Below, in pieces: positions 47,059-56,700 of a DNA stretch of 64,000 nt (positions within the stretch are counted from its first letter, which is position 1; every line of letters starts with the position of its first letter). The translations under genes and the position numbers were made by a program. The stretch is from Alistipes sp. Its GTDB lineage: Bacteria > Bacteroidota > Bacteroidia > Bacteroidales > Rikenellaceae. Where the stretch lies: positions 1,294-65,293 of the forward strand of contig JAFZEY010000099.1 in the NCBI GenBank assembly GCA_017560455.1. Direction: 5' to 3'. Below the pieces are notes generated by a model. That model was not told the origin of the DNA, did not search any database, and saw nothing but the letters and a program-made list of their open reading frames with translations.

Positions 47059-49464
47059 ATGGCAAATGAAGATATCTTAAAAGGGTTAAACCCTGCACAG
47101 CGCGCAGCTGTGGAGGCATATAACGAGCCCTCTCTTATTATAGCGGGTGCAGGCTCCGGCAAAACGCGAGTCCTCACCACCCGTATAGCCTATATGTTGG
47201 CACAAGGCGTGTCGCCACACTCGATTCTCGCCCTCACCTTTACCAATAAGGCGGCACGCGAGATGCGTGAGCGTATCGAAAATATGGTTGGTGCAAACAG
47301 CCGATATATCTGTATGGGCACCTTCCACTCTATCTTCTCGCGTATCCTGCGCGAGAATGCCGAGGTACTCGGATACCCGAAGGAGTACACTATCTACGAG
47401 CCTAACGACTCGAAGAACCTTATCAAGACCATCGTCAAGGATATGGGACTGAGCGACGATAAGTACAAGCCGAACTTCATCGCTTCGCGTATCTCGATGG
47501 CGAAGAACAACCTTATCACACCGGGTGCCTATATCCAGAATTCGACATTTGCGACCGAGGACCGACAGTTGCAGATTCCGGAGTTCGGAAATATCTACAT
47601 CGAATACTGCAAGCGTTGCAAGGCAAATGGCGCGATGGATTTTGACGATCTGCTCCTGCAGACCAACTTCCTCTTCCGCGACCACCCCGAGATATTGGCA
47701 AAATATCAGGAGCGCTTTCAGTATGTCTTGGTCGATGAGTATCAGGATACCAACAATGCACAGTATATTATTGTTCGCCGCTTGGCGCAGTACCACTCGC
47801 GCATCTGCGTAGTGGGTGACGATGCGCAGAGCATCTACTCGTTCCGAGGGGCGAAAATCGAGAATATCCTCTCCTTCCAGCGCGACTATCCGCAGGCGAA
47901 GGTCTTCAAGCTCGAGCAGAACTACCGCTCGACACAGACCATCGTGGATGCGGCCAACTCTGTTATCGACCACAACTCGCGAAAGCTGAAGAAGCGTTGC
48001 TACTCGGAGGGTGCAAAGGGCGAGAAAATCAGAATTTTCAAGGCCTACACCGACCGCGAGGAGGCCGATCTCATAGTAGGCGACCTACGCGACAGAGTAC
48101 GCGAGGGAAGTGGCAATTGGAAGGATGCGGCAATCCTCTATCGTACCAACAACCAATCGCAGGCATTGGAGAACTCACTGCGCCAGCGAGGTATTCCGTA
48201 CATCATCTACAAGGGTAGCTCGTTCTACGACCATAAGGAGGTTAAGGATATGCTCTCATACCTCCGCCTTATCATAAATCCGCGTGATGACGAGGCGTTC
48301 AAGCGCATCATCAATACCCCGGCACGAGGTATCGGCGACACCACCATTGCTCGCATCGAGGGCATTGCACATGAGCAACAGGTTTCGATGTGGGAGGCGG
48401 TCGATACTATGGTAACACGCACCCATGCCGATGCTGTGGAGAAGGCTATCGTTCGCAAGGTTACGGAGTTTGTCGAACTTATCCGTTCGCTATCGTTGGA
48501 GCGCGAGCATAAGGGGTTGTACGACTTTGGTATGGAGGTGGCGGTACGAAGCGGCTTGTTACCATTCTACCGCGAGCAGAGTTCCCCTGAAGCGCAATCG
48601 GCAGTTGCCAATTTGGAGGAGGTTCTCAACTCGATGCAGATGTTCAACGAGCAGGTCGAGGCCGAAATTCGCAATGGCGAGCGCGAGGAGCACCAGACAG
48701 CATCCATCGACGAGTGGTTGCAGTCGCTGATGCTTCTGACCGATATGGACAACAAGGAGAACGAGGAGAATGATGACCGCGTAACCCTAATGACTGTGCA
48801 CTCAGCCAAGGGTTTGGAGTATGAATATGTCTATGTTGTGGGTTGCGAGGATAACCTCTTCCCATCGCAGCGTGCACTCGAATCGGTCGAGGGTATTGAA
48901 GAGGAGCGAAGACTATTCTATGTGGCACTCACCCGTGCCAAGTCGTTGGCGACACTATCGTGTGTGGATATGCGATTTAAGTGGGGAAATATGGAGTTCT
49001 CGAAACCGAGCCGCTTCCTCTACGAGATTGACGAGCAGTATGTAGAGTGCGACTTCAGCCTGCGCAAGCCGCGTGGCGAGCAGAGCCGAACAACAAGCAC
49101 TACTACAACTATCAGCTCATCGAAAAATGAGACGGCAATTGATGCTTTGCGCCGCCGTTTCGATGTACGATACCAGCAAAAAACGGAAAATCGTTTCAAC
49201 CGAGAGTCTGTTTCTCGACCTCAACCGACCACTCCGCAGCGCGATATTTCGGGTATGCGCCGTGTGACGACATCGACCGTAGGAACGGTAACATCGGAGC
49301 CGTGCGCCTACTCGGTAGGAGAGTGGGTGGAGCACCCTAAATTCGGCAAGGGCGAGATTCTGCAGGCTGTACCACTCGCCACCGACCATAAGCTCGTTAT
49401 ACGCTTCGCCTCGGGCGAGGAGAAGACTTTGCTCTCGAAGGTGGCAAAACTAACAAAACTATAA
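47059..49464 (+). CDS. uvrD: UvrD/PcrA superfamily 1 DNA helicase
   Basis: AGAGSGKT, TFTNKAA, VDEYQD, GDDAQSIY, NYRS, TVHSAKGLE, YVALTRA and a C-terminal Tudor-like HPKFGKG. Start moved to 47059. Confidence 0.93.
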   Translation: MANEDILKGLNPAQRAAVEAYNEPSLIIAGAGSGKTRVLTTRIAYMLAQGVSPHSILALTFTNKAAREMRERIENMVGANSRYICMGTFHSIFSRILRENAEVLGYPKEYTIYEPNDSKNLIKTIVKDMGLSDDKYKPNFIASRISMAKNNLITPGAYIQNSTFATEDRQLQIPEFGNIYIEYCKRCKANGAMDFDDLLLQTNFLFRDHPEILAKYQERFQYVLVDEYQDTNNAQYIIVRRLAQYHSRICVVGDDAQSIYSFRGAKIENILSFQRDYPQAKVFKLEQNYRSTQTIVDAANSVIDHNSRKLKKRCYSEGAKGEKIRIFKAYTDREEADLIVGDLRDRVREGSGNWKDAAILYRTNNQSQALENSLRQRGIPYIIYKGSSFYDHKEVKDMLSYLRLIINPRDDEAFKRIINTPARGIGDTTIARIEGIAHEQQVSMWEAVDTMVTRTHADAVEKAIVRKVTEFVELIRSLSLEREHKGLYDFGMEVAVRSGLLPFYREQSSPEAQSAVANLEEVLNSMQMFNEQVEAEIRNGEREEHQTASIDEWLQSLMLLTDMDNKENEENDDRVTLMTVHSAKGLEYEYVYVVGCEDNLFPSQRALESVEGIEEERRLFYVALTRAKSLATLSCVDMRFKWGNMEFSKPSRFLYEIDEQYVECDFSLRKPRGEQSRTTSTTTTISSSKNETAIDALRRRFDVRYQQKTENRFNRESVSRPQPTTPQRDISGMRRVTTSTVGTVTSEPCAYSVGEWVEHPKFGKGEILQAVPLATDHKLVIRFASGEEKTLLSKVAKLTKL

Positions 49465-49470
49465 ACGAAT

Positions 49471-50124
49471 ATGAGGCGAGAAGAGCGTTACAAGGCAATC
49501 ATCGACTACTTCGAGAAGGCCATGCCCGTAGCGGAGAGCGAACTCAACTTCGAGAACCCCTACCAGCTCCTGGTGGCGGTAATTCTATCGGCGCAGTGTA
49601 CCGACAAGCGAGTAAATCTCACCACACCGGCACTCTTCGAGGCCTACCCTACCCCCTTCGACCTGGCAAAAGCCTCGGCCGAGGAGATTTACGAATATAT
49701 CCGCAGCATCTCCTATCCGAACAATAAGGCTAAGAATCTGGCCGCTATGGCGCGCATGCTTGTAGCAGAGTTTGGTGGCGAGGTACCGAGCGACATCGAA
49801 GAGATGATGCGTCTGCCGGGCGTTGGTCGCAAAACGGCAAATGTTGTGGGTGCGGTAGTGTGGAACAAGGAGGTTATGCCCGTGGATACCCATGTCTTTC
49901 GTGTCTCGGCGCGTATAGGTCTGTCAGTCGGAGCAAAAACACCTCGCGCCACCGAGTTGCAACTCGAAAAATATATCCCTTCGCATCTTCTGCCGAAGGC
50001 TCACCATTGGCTTATTCTGCATGGCCGATACACCTGTCTTGCCCGCAAGCCGAAGTGCGAGAATTGCGGTATTACGCAGTGGTGTAAATACTTCCAACAA
50101 AAAAGCAAGGCGCTTAAAAATTGA
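49471..50124 (+). CDS. nth: Endonuclease III
   Basis: LSAQCTD, HhH LPGVGRKTANVV, VDTHV and 4Fe-4S C-x6-C-x2-C-x5-C. Confidence 0.96.
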   Translation: MRREERYKAIIDYFEKAMPVAESELNFENPYQLLVAVILSAQCTDKRVNLTTPALFEAYPTPFDLAKASAEEIYEYIRSISYPNNKAKNLAAMARMLVAEFGGEVPSDIEEMMRLPGVGRKTANVVGAVVWNKEVMPVDTHVFRVSARIGLSVGAKTPRATELQLEKYIPSHLLPKAHHWLILHGRYTCLARKPKCENCGITQWCKYFQQKSKALKN

Positions 50125-50155
50125 TATTTATCAAAAAATTCGTATATTTGCCACG

Positions 50156-51181
50156 ATGAATATCGATATGAAAAATATTGAGGCATTGCGCGAACTATTC
50201 GCCGAGCCTCGCAAAGTGGTCATTGTAGGCCACACAAATCCCGATGGCGATGCTATCGGATCATCATTAGCTTTGGCTGAGGTACTGACCGCTCGCGGCC
50301 ATAAAGTAGCCTGCACACTGCCAAACAATTATCCCTACTACTTGCGTTGGATTCCCAACTCAGAGAGCATCATAATCTACCGCAACGACGAGGAGCACAT
50401 CACCGACAAGATCATTGGCGAGGCGGATGTAATCGTCTGCGCCGATATGAACTCGCTCTCGCGTGCCGATGCTTTGGGCGAGGCGGTTGCAAAAAATAGC
50501 ACTGCCAAGAGAGTGCTTATCGACCACCACCTCTTCCCGTCAGAGGGGTTCGACATCGTCTTCTCGCATCCTGAGTCGTCGAGTACAGCATTTTTGATGT
50601 ACACGGTCATCGTGGCACTCTATGGCAAGGAGGCGGTAAACGAGAAGATTGCAACACAACTCTATGTCGGCATTATGACCGACACGGGCAACTTCGCCTT
50701 CTCGCACCTCACGCCCGAATTGTTCGAGGCTGTGGCAGCATTGTCGGCAACGGGTATCGATATTCCGCAGATTTACAACAATGTCTATAACTCCTTTACC
50801 GAAGGTCGTGCGCGACTGTTCGGCTACACCATAAACCGCAAGATGAAGACCTTGCTTGGTGGCAAGGTGGCATATATGTCACTCACCGAGGAGGAGATGC
50901 GCCGCTTCTGGTTCCAGCAGGGTGATAACGAGGGCTTTGTGAACTACCCACTCTCGATCAAGAAGATGAAGATGTCGGCAATGTTCACCGCGCAACAAGG
51001 CTTTATCCGCGTATCGTTGCGCTCGCGTGGCGATATCGATGTGGATACCTTTGCACGCCGTTACTTCAATGGCGGAGGTCACAAAAATGCCGCAGGCGGA
51101 AAGTCGTTTGTATCGATGGAGGAGACCATCGAGCACTACATAAAGTCGGTGAACGAGTACCACGAAGAGGGGTTAGTTTAA
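50156..51181 (+). CDS. nrnA: DHH/DHHA1 phosphoesterase (NrnA-like nanoRNase/pAp phosphatase)
   Basis: HTNPDGDAIG, IDHH, TDTG, SLRS and GGGHKNAAG. Start is 50156 or 50168. Confidence 0.88.
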   Translation: MNIDMKNIEALRELFAEPRKVVIVGHTNPDGDAIGSSLALAEVLTARGHKVACTLPNNYPYYLRWIPNSESIIIYRNDEEHITDKIIGEADVIVCADMNSLSRADALGEAVAKNSTAKRVLIDHHLFPSEGFDIVFSHPESSSTAFLMYTVIVALYGKEAVNEKIATQLYVGIMTDTGNFAFSHLTPELFEAVAALSATGIDIPQIYNNVYNSFTEGRARLFGYTINRKMKTLLGGKVAYMSLTEEEMRRFWFQQGDNEGFVNYPLSIKKMKMSAMFTAQQGFIRVSLRSRGDIDVDTFARRYFNGGGHKNAAGGKSFVSMEETIEHYIKSVNEYHEEGLV

Positions 51182-51194
51182 GAGATTACACACT

Positions 51195-53027
51195 ATGTTC
51201 AAAACCTATATCCGACTACTCGGCTTCGCAAAGCCATTGAGCAGGTATGCCGTGCCATACTTCTTCTTTGCCGCTTTGCACGCCTTGTTCAACACATTCA
51301 ACTACGCAATGATTATCCCTATCCTGAACTCGATGTTCTCGGAGGGATTTAGCTTTACACCCGTATATGAGATGCCAGCCCTCTCCTTCAATGGCGAGGT
51401 GTTGCAGTTGTGGCTCAACTACTTCTACACCACCATCTTCGGCACAGAGTGGCGCATAACAAATGTACTCGTCTTATTGGCAGTGATACTTATTGCCATG
51501 AATCTCCTCTCGAACCTCTTCCGCTACCTCGGTGGATATACGGTCGAGAATATGCGCGTTACAACCGTACAGCGTATGCGAAATGCGATGTTCGACTGCG
51601 TAATAGGCAAGGATGTAGGCTATTTCGGTGGTCAGCGCAAGGGAGATATCATCTCGCGCATAACATCGGATGTTATGGTCGTGCAGTTCTGCATCACCAA
51701 CACCTTGCAGGTGGCATTCCGCGAACCATTCCTCATCATCGGCTACCTCGTTCTTATGCTCAATATCTCATGGCAGTTGGCCCTCTTCTCGGTGCTGTTC
51801 CTTCCTATGGTCGGATTCATCATCGGCAATATCGTCAAGAAGTTGCGTCGACCCGCAAGTAAGAGTCAGCAGCGTATGGGCGACTTGGTAAGCGTCTTGG
51901 ATGAGTCGCTCGGCGGCATCAAGATCGTTAAAACATACACCGCAACCGAATATATCAAGGATAAGTTCCACGCACTGAATAAGAGTTTGTCGGATACCCT
52001 GCTCTGGATGGCCCGCCGTCAGCAGTTGGCTTCGCCAATGAGCGAATTCTTGGGTATTACGGCCGTAGCCATCATCTTGGTATTCGGAGGTTCGCTCGTG
52101 ATGAAGGGTTCGCTCAGCGCAGCAGGTTTCATCGCCTTCATTGCGGCATTCTCGCAGATTACACGCCCCGTGCGCGCCTTTATCGACCAATTTGCAAACA
52201 TCAACCAGGGCGTTGCTGCAGGCGAGAGAATCTTCGCTATAATCGATGCCGAGAATGAAATCAAGGATGCTCCAGATGCCGAGGAGTTCAAGGGTTTCAA
52301 CGACAAGATTGAGTTCCGCAATGTGCACTTCTCGTACGATGAGTCGCGCGAGATTATCCACGGTGTATCATTCGAGGTTCGCAAGGGCGAAACGGTAGCG
52401 TTGGTAGGTCCTTCGGGAGGTGGAAAATCGACTTTGAGCGAGTTGATGGAGCGTTTCTACGACACCGATAGTGGCGACATCCTCTTCGACGGCAAATCTA
52501 TCCGTTCGTTCAAGCAGGACTCACTGCGCGCAACGATGAGCCTCGTATCGCAGGAGACTGTACTCTTCAACGACACTATTCGCAACAATATAGCACTCGG
52601 CCGAATCGATGCAACAGACGATGAGATTGTTGCAGCGTGCAAGGTTGCCAATGCTCACAACTTTATCTCGGAGAGTCCTGAGGGCTACAACACCAATATA
52701 GGCGACCGAGGTGCAAAGCTTTCGGGCGGTCAGCGTCAGCGACTCAGCATTGCGCGTGCAGTATTGAAAAATCCTGAGTTCCTTATCCTCGATGAGGCGA
52801 CCTCGGCACTCGATACCGAGAGCGAAAAACTCGTTCAGGATGCTCTCACCAACCTTTTAAAGGGCAGAACATCAATTGTCATTGCCCACCGTCTTTCGAC
52901 CATTATGAATGCAGACCGCATCTTTGTTATCGATGATGGTCGCATAGTCGAGGAGGGTAAGCACGATGAGTTGCTCGCCAAGGGTGGTGTTTATGCCAAA
53001 TTGGTCGAGTTGCAGAGCGTGAAATAG
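51195..53027 (+). CDS. MsbA-like ABC exporter (TMD+NBD)
   Basis: Six-TM domain, GPSGGGKS, LSGGQRQR, LDEATSALD and IAHRLST. Confidence 0.9.
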   Translation: MFKTYIRLLGFAKPLSRYAVPYFFFAALHALFNTFNYAMIIPILNSMFSEGFSFTPVYEMPALSFNGEVLQLWLNYFYTTIFGTEWRITNVLVLLAVILIAMNLLSNLFRYLGGYTVENMRVTTVQRMRNAMFDCVIGKDVGYFGGQRKGDIISRITSDVMVVQFCITNTLQVAFREPFLIIGYLVLMLNISWQLALFSVLFLPMVGFIIGNIVKKLRRPASKSQQRMGDLVSVLDESLGGIKIVKTYTATEYIKDKFHALNKSLSDTLLWMARRQQLASPMSEFLGITAVAIILVFGGSLVMKGSLSAAGFIAFIAAFSQITRPVRAFIDQFANINQGVAAGERIFAIIDAENEIKDAPDAEEFKGFNDKIEFRNVHFSYDESREIIHGVSFEVRKGETVALVGPSGGGKSTLSELMERFYDTDSGDILFDGKSIRSFKQDSLRATMSLVSQETVLFNDTIRNNIALGRIDATDDEIVAACKVANAHNFISESPEGYNTNIGDRGAKLSGGQRQRLSIARAVLKNPEFLILDEATSALDTESEKLVQDALTNLLKGRTSIVIAHRLSTIMNADRIFVIDDGRIVEEGKHDELLAKGGVYAKLVELQSVK

Positions 53028-53033
53028 AGGGAT

Positions 53034-53948
53034 CTACTCACGATTTAAAGTCGTATTTCTTCTGATATTATCCCTTCCGGCGCGTTCCAAAGGGGTAGCT
53101 GCAAAGCGGTCGGAAAACTCCTCTTCCGTAAGAGCCATCCACTCCTCTGCACCCATCTCCAGCGGAGAGAATCGGGGTGCAAAATCGGTATTCGTTGCAT
53201 AGGGCGCTTTGCGGTTATAGGGGCAGACACTTTGGCACTCGTCACACCCAAAAATCCAACCGTGCAGAGCACATTTCGCCACCTCATCTCTATTCTCAAT
53301 CGTCGCACACGATATACAGCGCGAAGTGTCTATATGTCGCTCTTTTACAGCGCCATTAGGGCAGGCATCGACACATCTGCGACACTCGCCGCAACCCACC
53401 GAAACAAGGGGTTTGTCGTAGTGGTCGCACTCCTCATTCAAGACTATCTCGCCGAGCAGCACAAACGAGCCGAACTCGGGGGTTACGAGCAACGACTGAC
53501 GACCTATCCAACCGAGTCCCGCCTCAACGGCATATCTCTTCTCAAAGATTGGCGCACTATCCACAAAGCAACGGGCCGAAAAATTCGGCGAAGACTCCTT
53601 CAAGCGACTGCACATCTCGAATAACATTCGCTTAATGGTGGTGTGATAATCGGTAGTGCAGGCATAGGAGGCAACCTTCGTACGATGCTCCGCAGGATAA
53701 CCGTCACTTATTCGATTTTTATAGGCAACAGCACACACCACAACACTCTTTGCTCCCTCGACCAAAGTAGAGACATCGGCACGACGGTCGATATTCCTTT
53801 TCAGATAGTCGAGTGAAGAGGCAAAACCCTGCCCTATCCACTCTTCGAGAAAAGACTTATCGCCATCTAAATTAACAGATTGAGTCACACCGCAAAGATC
53901 GAAACCGACCTCGCGAGCAAGTTGTTTTATGTACTTCGTTTGCAACAT
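53034..53948 (-). CDS. queG: Epoxyqueuosine reductase
   Basis: DYH, FVDSAPIFEK, AGLGWIG, CGECRRCVDACP and FGCDECQSVCP. Confidence 0.92.
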   Translation of the reverse strand: MLQTKYIKQLAREVGFDLCGVTQSVNLDGDKSFLEEWIGQGFASSLDYLKRNIDRRADVSTLVEGAKSVVVCAVAYKNRISDGYPAEHRTKVASYACTTDYHTTIKRMLFEMCSRLKESSPNFSARCFVDSAPIFEKRYAVEAGLGWIGRQSLLVTPEFGSFVLLGEIVLNEECDHYDKPLVSVGCGECRRCVDACPNGAVKERHIDTSRCISCATIENRDEVAKCALHGWIFGCDECQSVCPYNRKAPYATNTDFAPRFSPLEMGAEEWMALTEEEFSDRFAATPLERAGRDNIRRNTTLNRE

Positions 53949-54077
53949 TATTGCATAAATTTCGACAAATATACTTATATTTAAGAAAAAAAACCTATTT
54001 TTGTGCAGATTTGTAAGAGGAGAAGCATCCTATAAAGGGCCTCTTACGCAGTACAAACTTAATTTTTTAACTACTTT

Positions 54078-55715
54078 ATGAAGTTGAATACACTTTATGA
54101 AATTCTGAACAACAGTGTGAAGAATTTCTCGGAGCGTATAGCCTTTTCATTGTGGAGAGGCGCGAGCTACACCTATAAGCAGGTGGGCGAGAAGGTAGCC
54201 GAGGTTCAAAAATTGCTCCGCTCGGCAGGTCTTAAAAAGGGCGACAAGGTCGTTTTGCTCAGTAGCAATATGCCGAACTGGGGCGTTTGTTACTTTGCTA
54301 TCACATCGGGAGGCTACACCGTTGTTCCCGTATTGCCTGATTTTACATCGGCCGATATCGACCGTATCGTAGAGCACTCGGAGGCAAAGGCGTTGTGCGT
54401 ATCGGACAAGCTCTTCTCGAAGATTTCGCAGGAGGTTTCCGACAAGTTGAACATCATCATCCGCACCAAGAACCTCTCTGTCCTCTCGCAGAATGTAAAC
54501 GAGGAGGGCGAATTGACTATTCCGCAGCCAGAGGATTTGGCTGCTATAATCTACACTTCGGGTACAACATCACAGCCAAAGGGTGTAATGCTCACGCACT
54601 ACAACCTCTCGTCGCAGATGTGGCTTATCGACCCGTTATTCCTCGTTCGCGAGGACGATATCTTCCTCTCGGTGTTGCCTATGGCTCACACCTATGAGTG
54701 TACGCTCGGACTTATCCTGGCTTTCCACCATGGCTCGCATGTCGTATATCTCGATAAGGCACCTACCGTATCGGTATTGTTGCCTGCATTAAAGGAGGTA
54801 CGACCTACGATTATGCTTACCGTGCCACTCATCATCGAGAAGATTTTCAAGGGCTCGGTAAAGAAGAAGTTCACTTCGAACGCCTTTATGAACGCACTCT
54901 ACGGCGTAGGATTCATTCGCCGCTACCTGCACCGCATTGCAGGTAAGAAGTTGGCAAAGACCTTCGGTGGTCGCATTCGTTTCTTCGGTATCGGAGGTTC
55001 GAAGCTCGACACCGAGGTTGAGCAGTTCTTGCTCGACGCAAAGTCTATCTATGATATCGGCTACGGCTTGACCGAGACTGCTCCGCTTATCGCAGGTATG
55101 GTTGACGGTATGTTGCGACTCGGCTCGACAGGCCCTATCTTGAAGGGTATCGAGTATCGTTTGGAGAATATCGATGAGACAACCGGCATTGGCGAGTTGG
55201 TAGTGAAGAGCCCATCGCAGATGGTTGGTTACTACAAGAACCCTGAGGCTACAGCTGCAGCATTTACCGAGGACGGTTTCTTCCGCACGGGTGACCTCTG
55301 CTGCTTTGACGAGGATGGCTGGCTCTACATCAAGGGCCGCTCGAAGAATATGATTCTCGGCCCAAGCGGAGAGAACATCTACCCTGAGGATATCGAGAAT
55401 GTGCTCAACTCGCATGTCTTCATCTCGGAGTCGTTGGTTACCGAGAATGATGGTAAGTTGGTGGCGTTGGTACACTTCGACACCGAGGCTATCGAGGCTA
55501 AATATGCCGAGATGGTAGATACATGGCACAAGAAGAAGCACGAGTTCGACCTCTTCAAGGAGGACCTTATGCGCGAGATCAAACAGTATGTGAATGAGCG
55601 CGTAAATCGTTACTCGAAGATCTCGGAGGTGAAAGAGGAGGAGCAGGAGTTCGAAAAGACTGCAACAAAGAAGATCCGCCGATTCCTCTACACCGCAAAG
55701 GGTAAGAAGGAGTAA
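54078..55715 (+). CDS. Long-chain fatty acyl-CoA synthetase (AMP-binding)
   Basis: YTSGTTSQPKGV, GYGLTE, FRTGD and GENIYPE. Confidence 0.9.
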   Translation: MKLNTLYEILNNSVKNFSERIAFSLWRGASYTYKQVGEKVAEVQKLLRSAGLKKGDKVVLLSSNMPNWGVCYFAITSGGYTVVPVLPDFTSADIDRIVEHSEAKALCVSDKLFSKISQEVSDKLNIIIRTKNLSVLSQNVNEEGELTIPQPEDLAAIIYTSGTTSQPKGVMLTHYNLSSQMWLIDPLFLVREDDIFLSVLPMAHTYECTLGLILAFHHGSHVVYLDKAPTVSVLLPALKEVRPTIMLTVPLIIEKIFKGSVKKKFTSNAFMNALYGVGFIRRYLHRIAGKKLAKTFGGRIRFFGIGGSKLDTEVEQFLLDAKSIYDIGYGLTETAPLIAGMVDGMLRLGSTGPILKGIEYRLENIDETTGIGELVVKSPSQMVGYYKNPEATAAAFTEDGFFRTGDLCCFDEDGWLYIKGRSKNMILGPSGENIYPEDIENVLNSHVFISESLVTENDGKLVALVHFDTEAIEAKYAEMVDTWHKKKHEFDLFKEDLMREIKQYVNERVNRYSKISEVKEEEQEFEKTATKKIRRFLYTAKGKKE

Positions 55716-55728
55716 ATCGTCGCGCCCG

Positions 55729-56202
55729 ATGAACAAGGTAAAAATAGATGCAGAGGAGCGAGCCCTGCGCGCCAAGAGCTACTTCCACGAGGGGTATAAT
55801 TGTGCACAGTCGGTGGCACTCGCATTCGCCGATATAACTCCGCTTGACGAGCAGATGGTAGCAACCATAACTGCCTCGTTTGGCGGAGGTATGGGACGCC
55901 TGCGCGAGGTGTGCGGTGCGGTCAGTGGAATGGCCTTCGTGGCGAGCTTCATATCACCCTGCCCTACCGCCGATAACGACAAGGCAAAAAAAGCAAACTA
56001 TGCTCTTGTTCAGGAGTTTGCCGAGCAGTTCCGCCAGCAGAATGGAAGCGTTGTTTGTCGCTCGTTGCTCGGTTTGGACAGCCCGAAGGATGAGCCTACG
56101 CCATCACCTCGCACTGCAGAGTATTACCAGAAACGCCCGTGTGCCGAGTATGTCTACGATGCAGCCCTTATAGTCGGCAAGCACCTTGAAAACAGAGAGT
56201 AG
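55729..56202 (+). CDS. C_GCAxxG_C_C family putative redox protein
   Basis: YNCAQSV, FGGGMG...CGAVSG, VVCRSLL and RPC. Confidence 0.88.
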   Translation: MNKVKIDAEERALRAKSYFHEGYNCAQSVALAFADITPLDEQMVATITASFGGGMGRLREVCGAVSGMAFVASFISPCPTADNDKAKKANYALVQEFAEQFRQQNGSVVCRSLLGLDSPKDEPTPSPRTAEYYQKRPCAEYVYDAALIVGKHLENRE

Positions 56203-56244
56203 TTAGTAGAGAGTAGTTAGTAGAGAGTAGAGAATAGTTAGTAA
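56196..56244. repeat. Heptamer tandem repeat (AGAGTAG/TTAGTAG)x7
   Basis: agagtag ttagtag agagtag ttagtag agagtag agaatag ttagtaa. The first unit contains the upstream stop codon. Confidence 0.88.
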
Positions 56245-56271
56245 TTTTTTAATTTTTAATTTGATAAAGCT

Positions 56272-56661
56272 ATGACTAAAGTTATCACAATTGCGGCAGA
56301 GAACGCACCAAAAGCAGTAGGCCCATATTCGCAGGCAAGAAAGGCTGTGGAGGCTGAGGCGACACTCTATGTTTCGGGACAGCTCCCAATCAACCCTACA
56401 ACAGGTACTATGCCTGAGAGCATCGAGGAGCAGACTCGTCAGTCGCTCAACAACCTCGGCGCAATCTTGAAGGAGGCTGGTATGGACTACAGCGACATCG
56501 TAAAGACTACCGTTTTGCTCGACAGCATCAAGGATTTTGCTGCTATGAACGCAGTATATGCCGAGTACTTCGAGGGCGAGAAGCCGGCTCGTATGTGCTA
56601 CGAGGTGGCAGCTTTGCCAATGGGTGCAAAGGTTGAGATCGACGCAGTAGCGGTGAAATAA
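56272..56661 (+). CDS. ridA: RidA-family reactive intermediate deaminase
   Basis: APKAVGPYSQA, YVSGQ, MNAVY, PAR and LPMGAKVEIDAVA. Confidence 0.92.
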   Translation: MTKVITIAAENAPKAVGPYSQARKAVEAEATLYVSGQLPINPTTGTMPESIEEQTRQSLNNLGAILKEAGMDYSDIVKTTVLLDSIKDFAAMNAVYAEYFEGEKPARMCYEVAALPMGAKVEIDAVAVK

Positions 56662-56700
56662 TTTATAGGTATCTACCTATTTTTAAGCCGATAGCATCAG

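Noticed and set aside
56196-56244. Tandem repeats as a possible CRISPR array
   Set aside because: The units are 7 bp with no spacers, and there are no cas genes.
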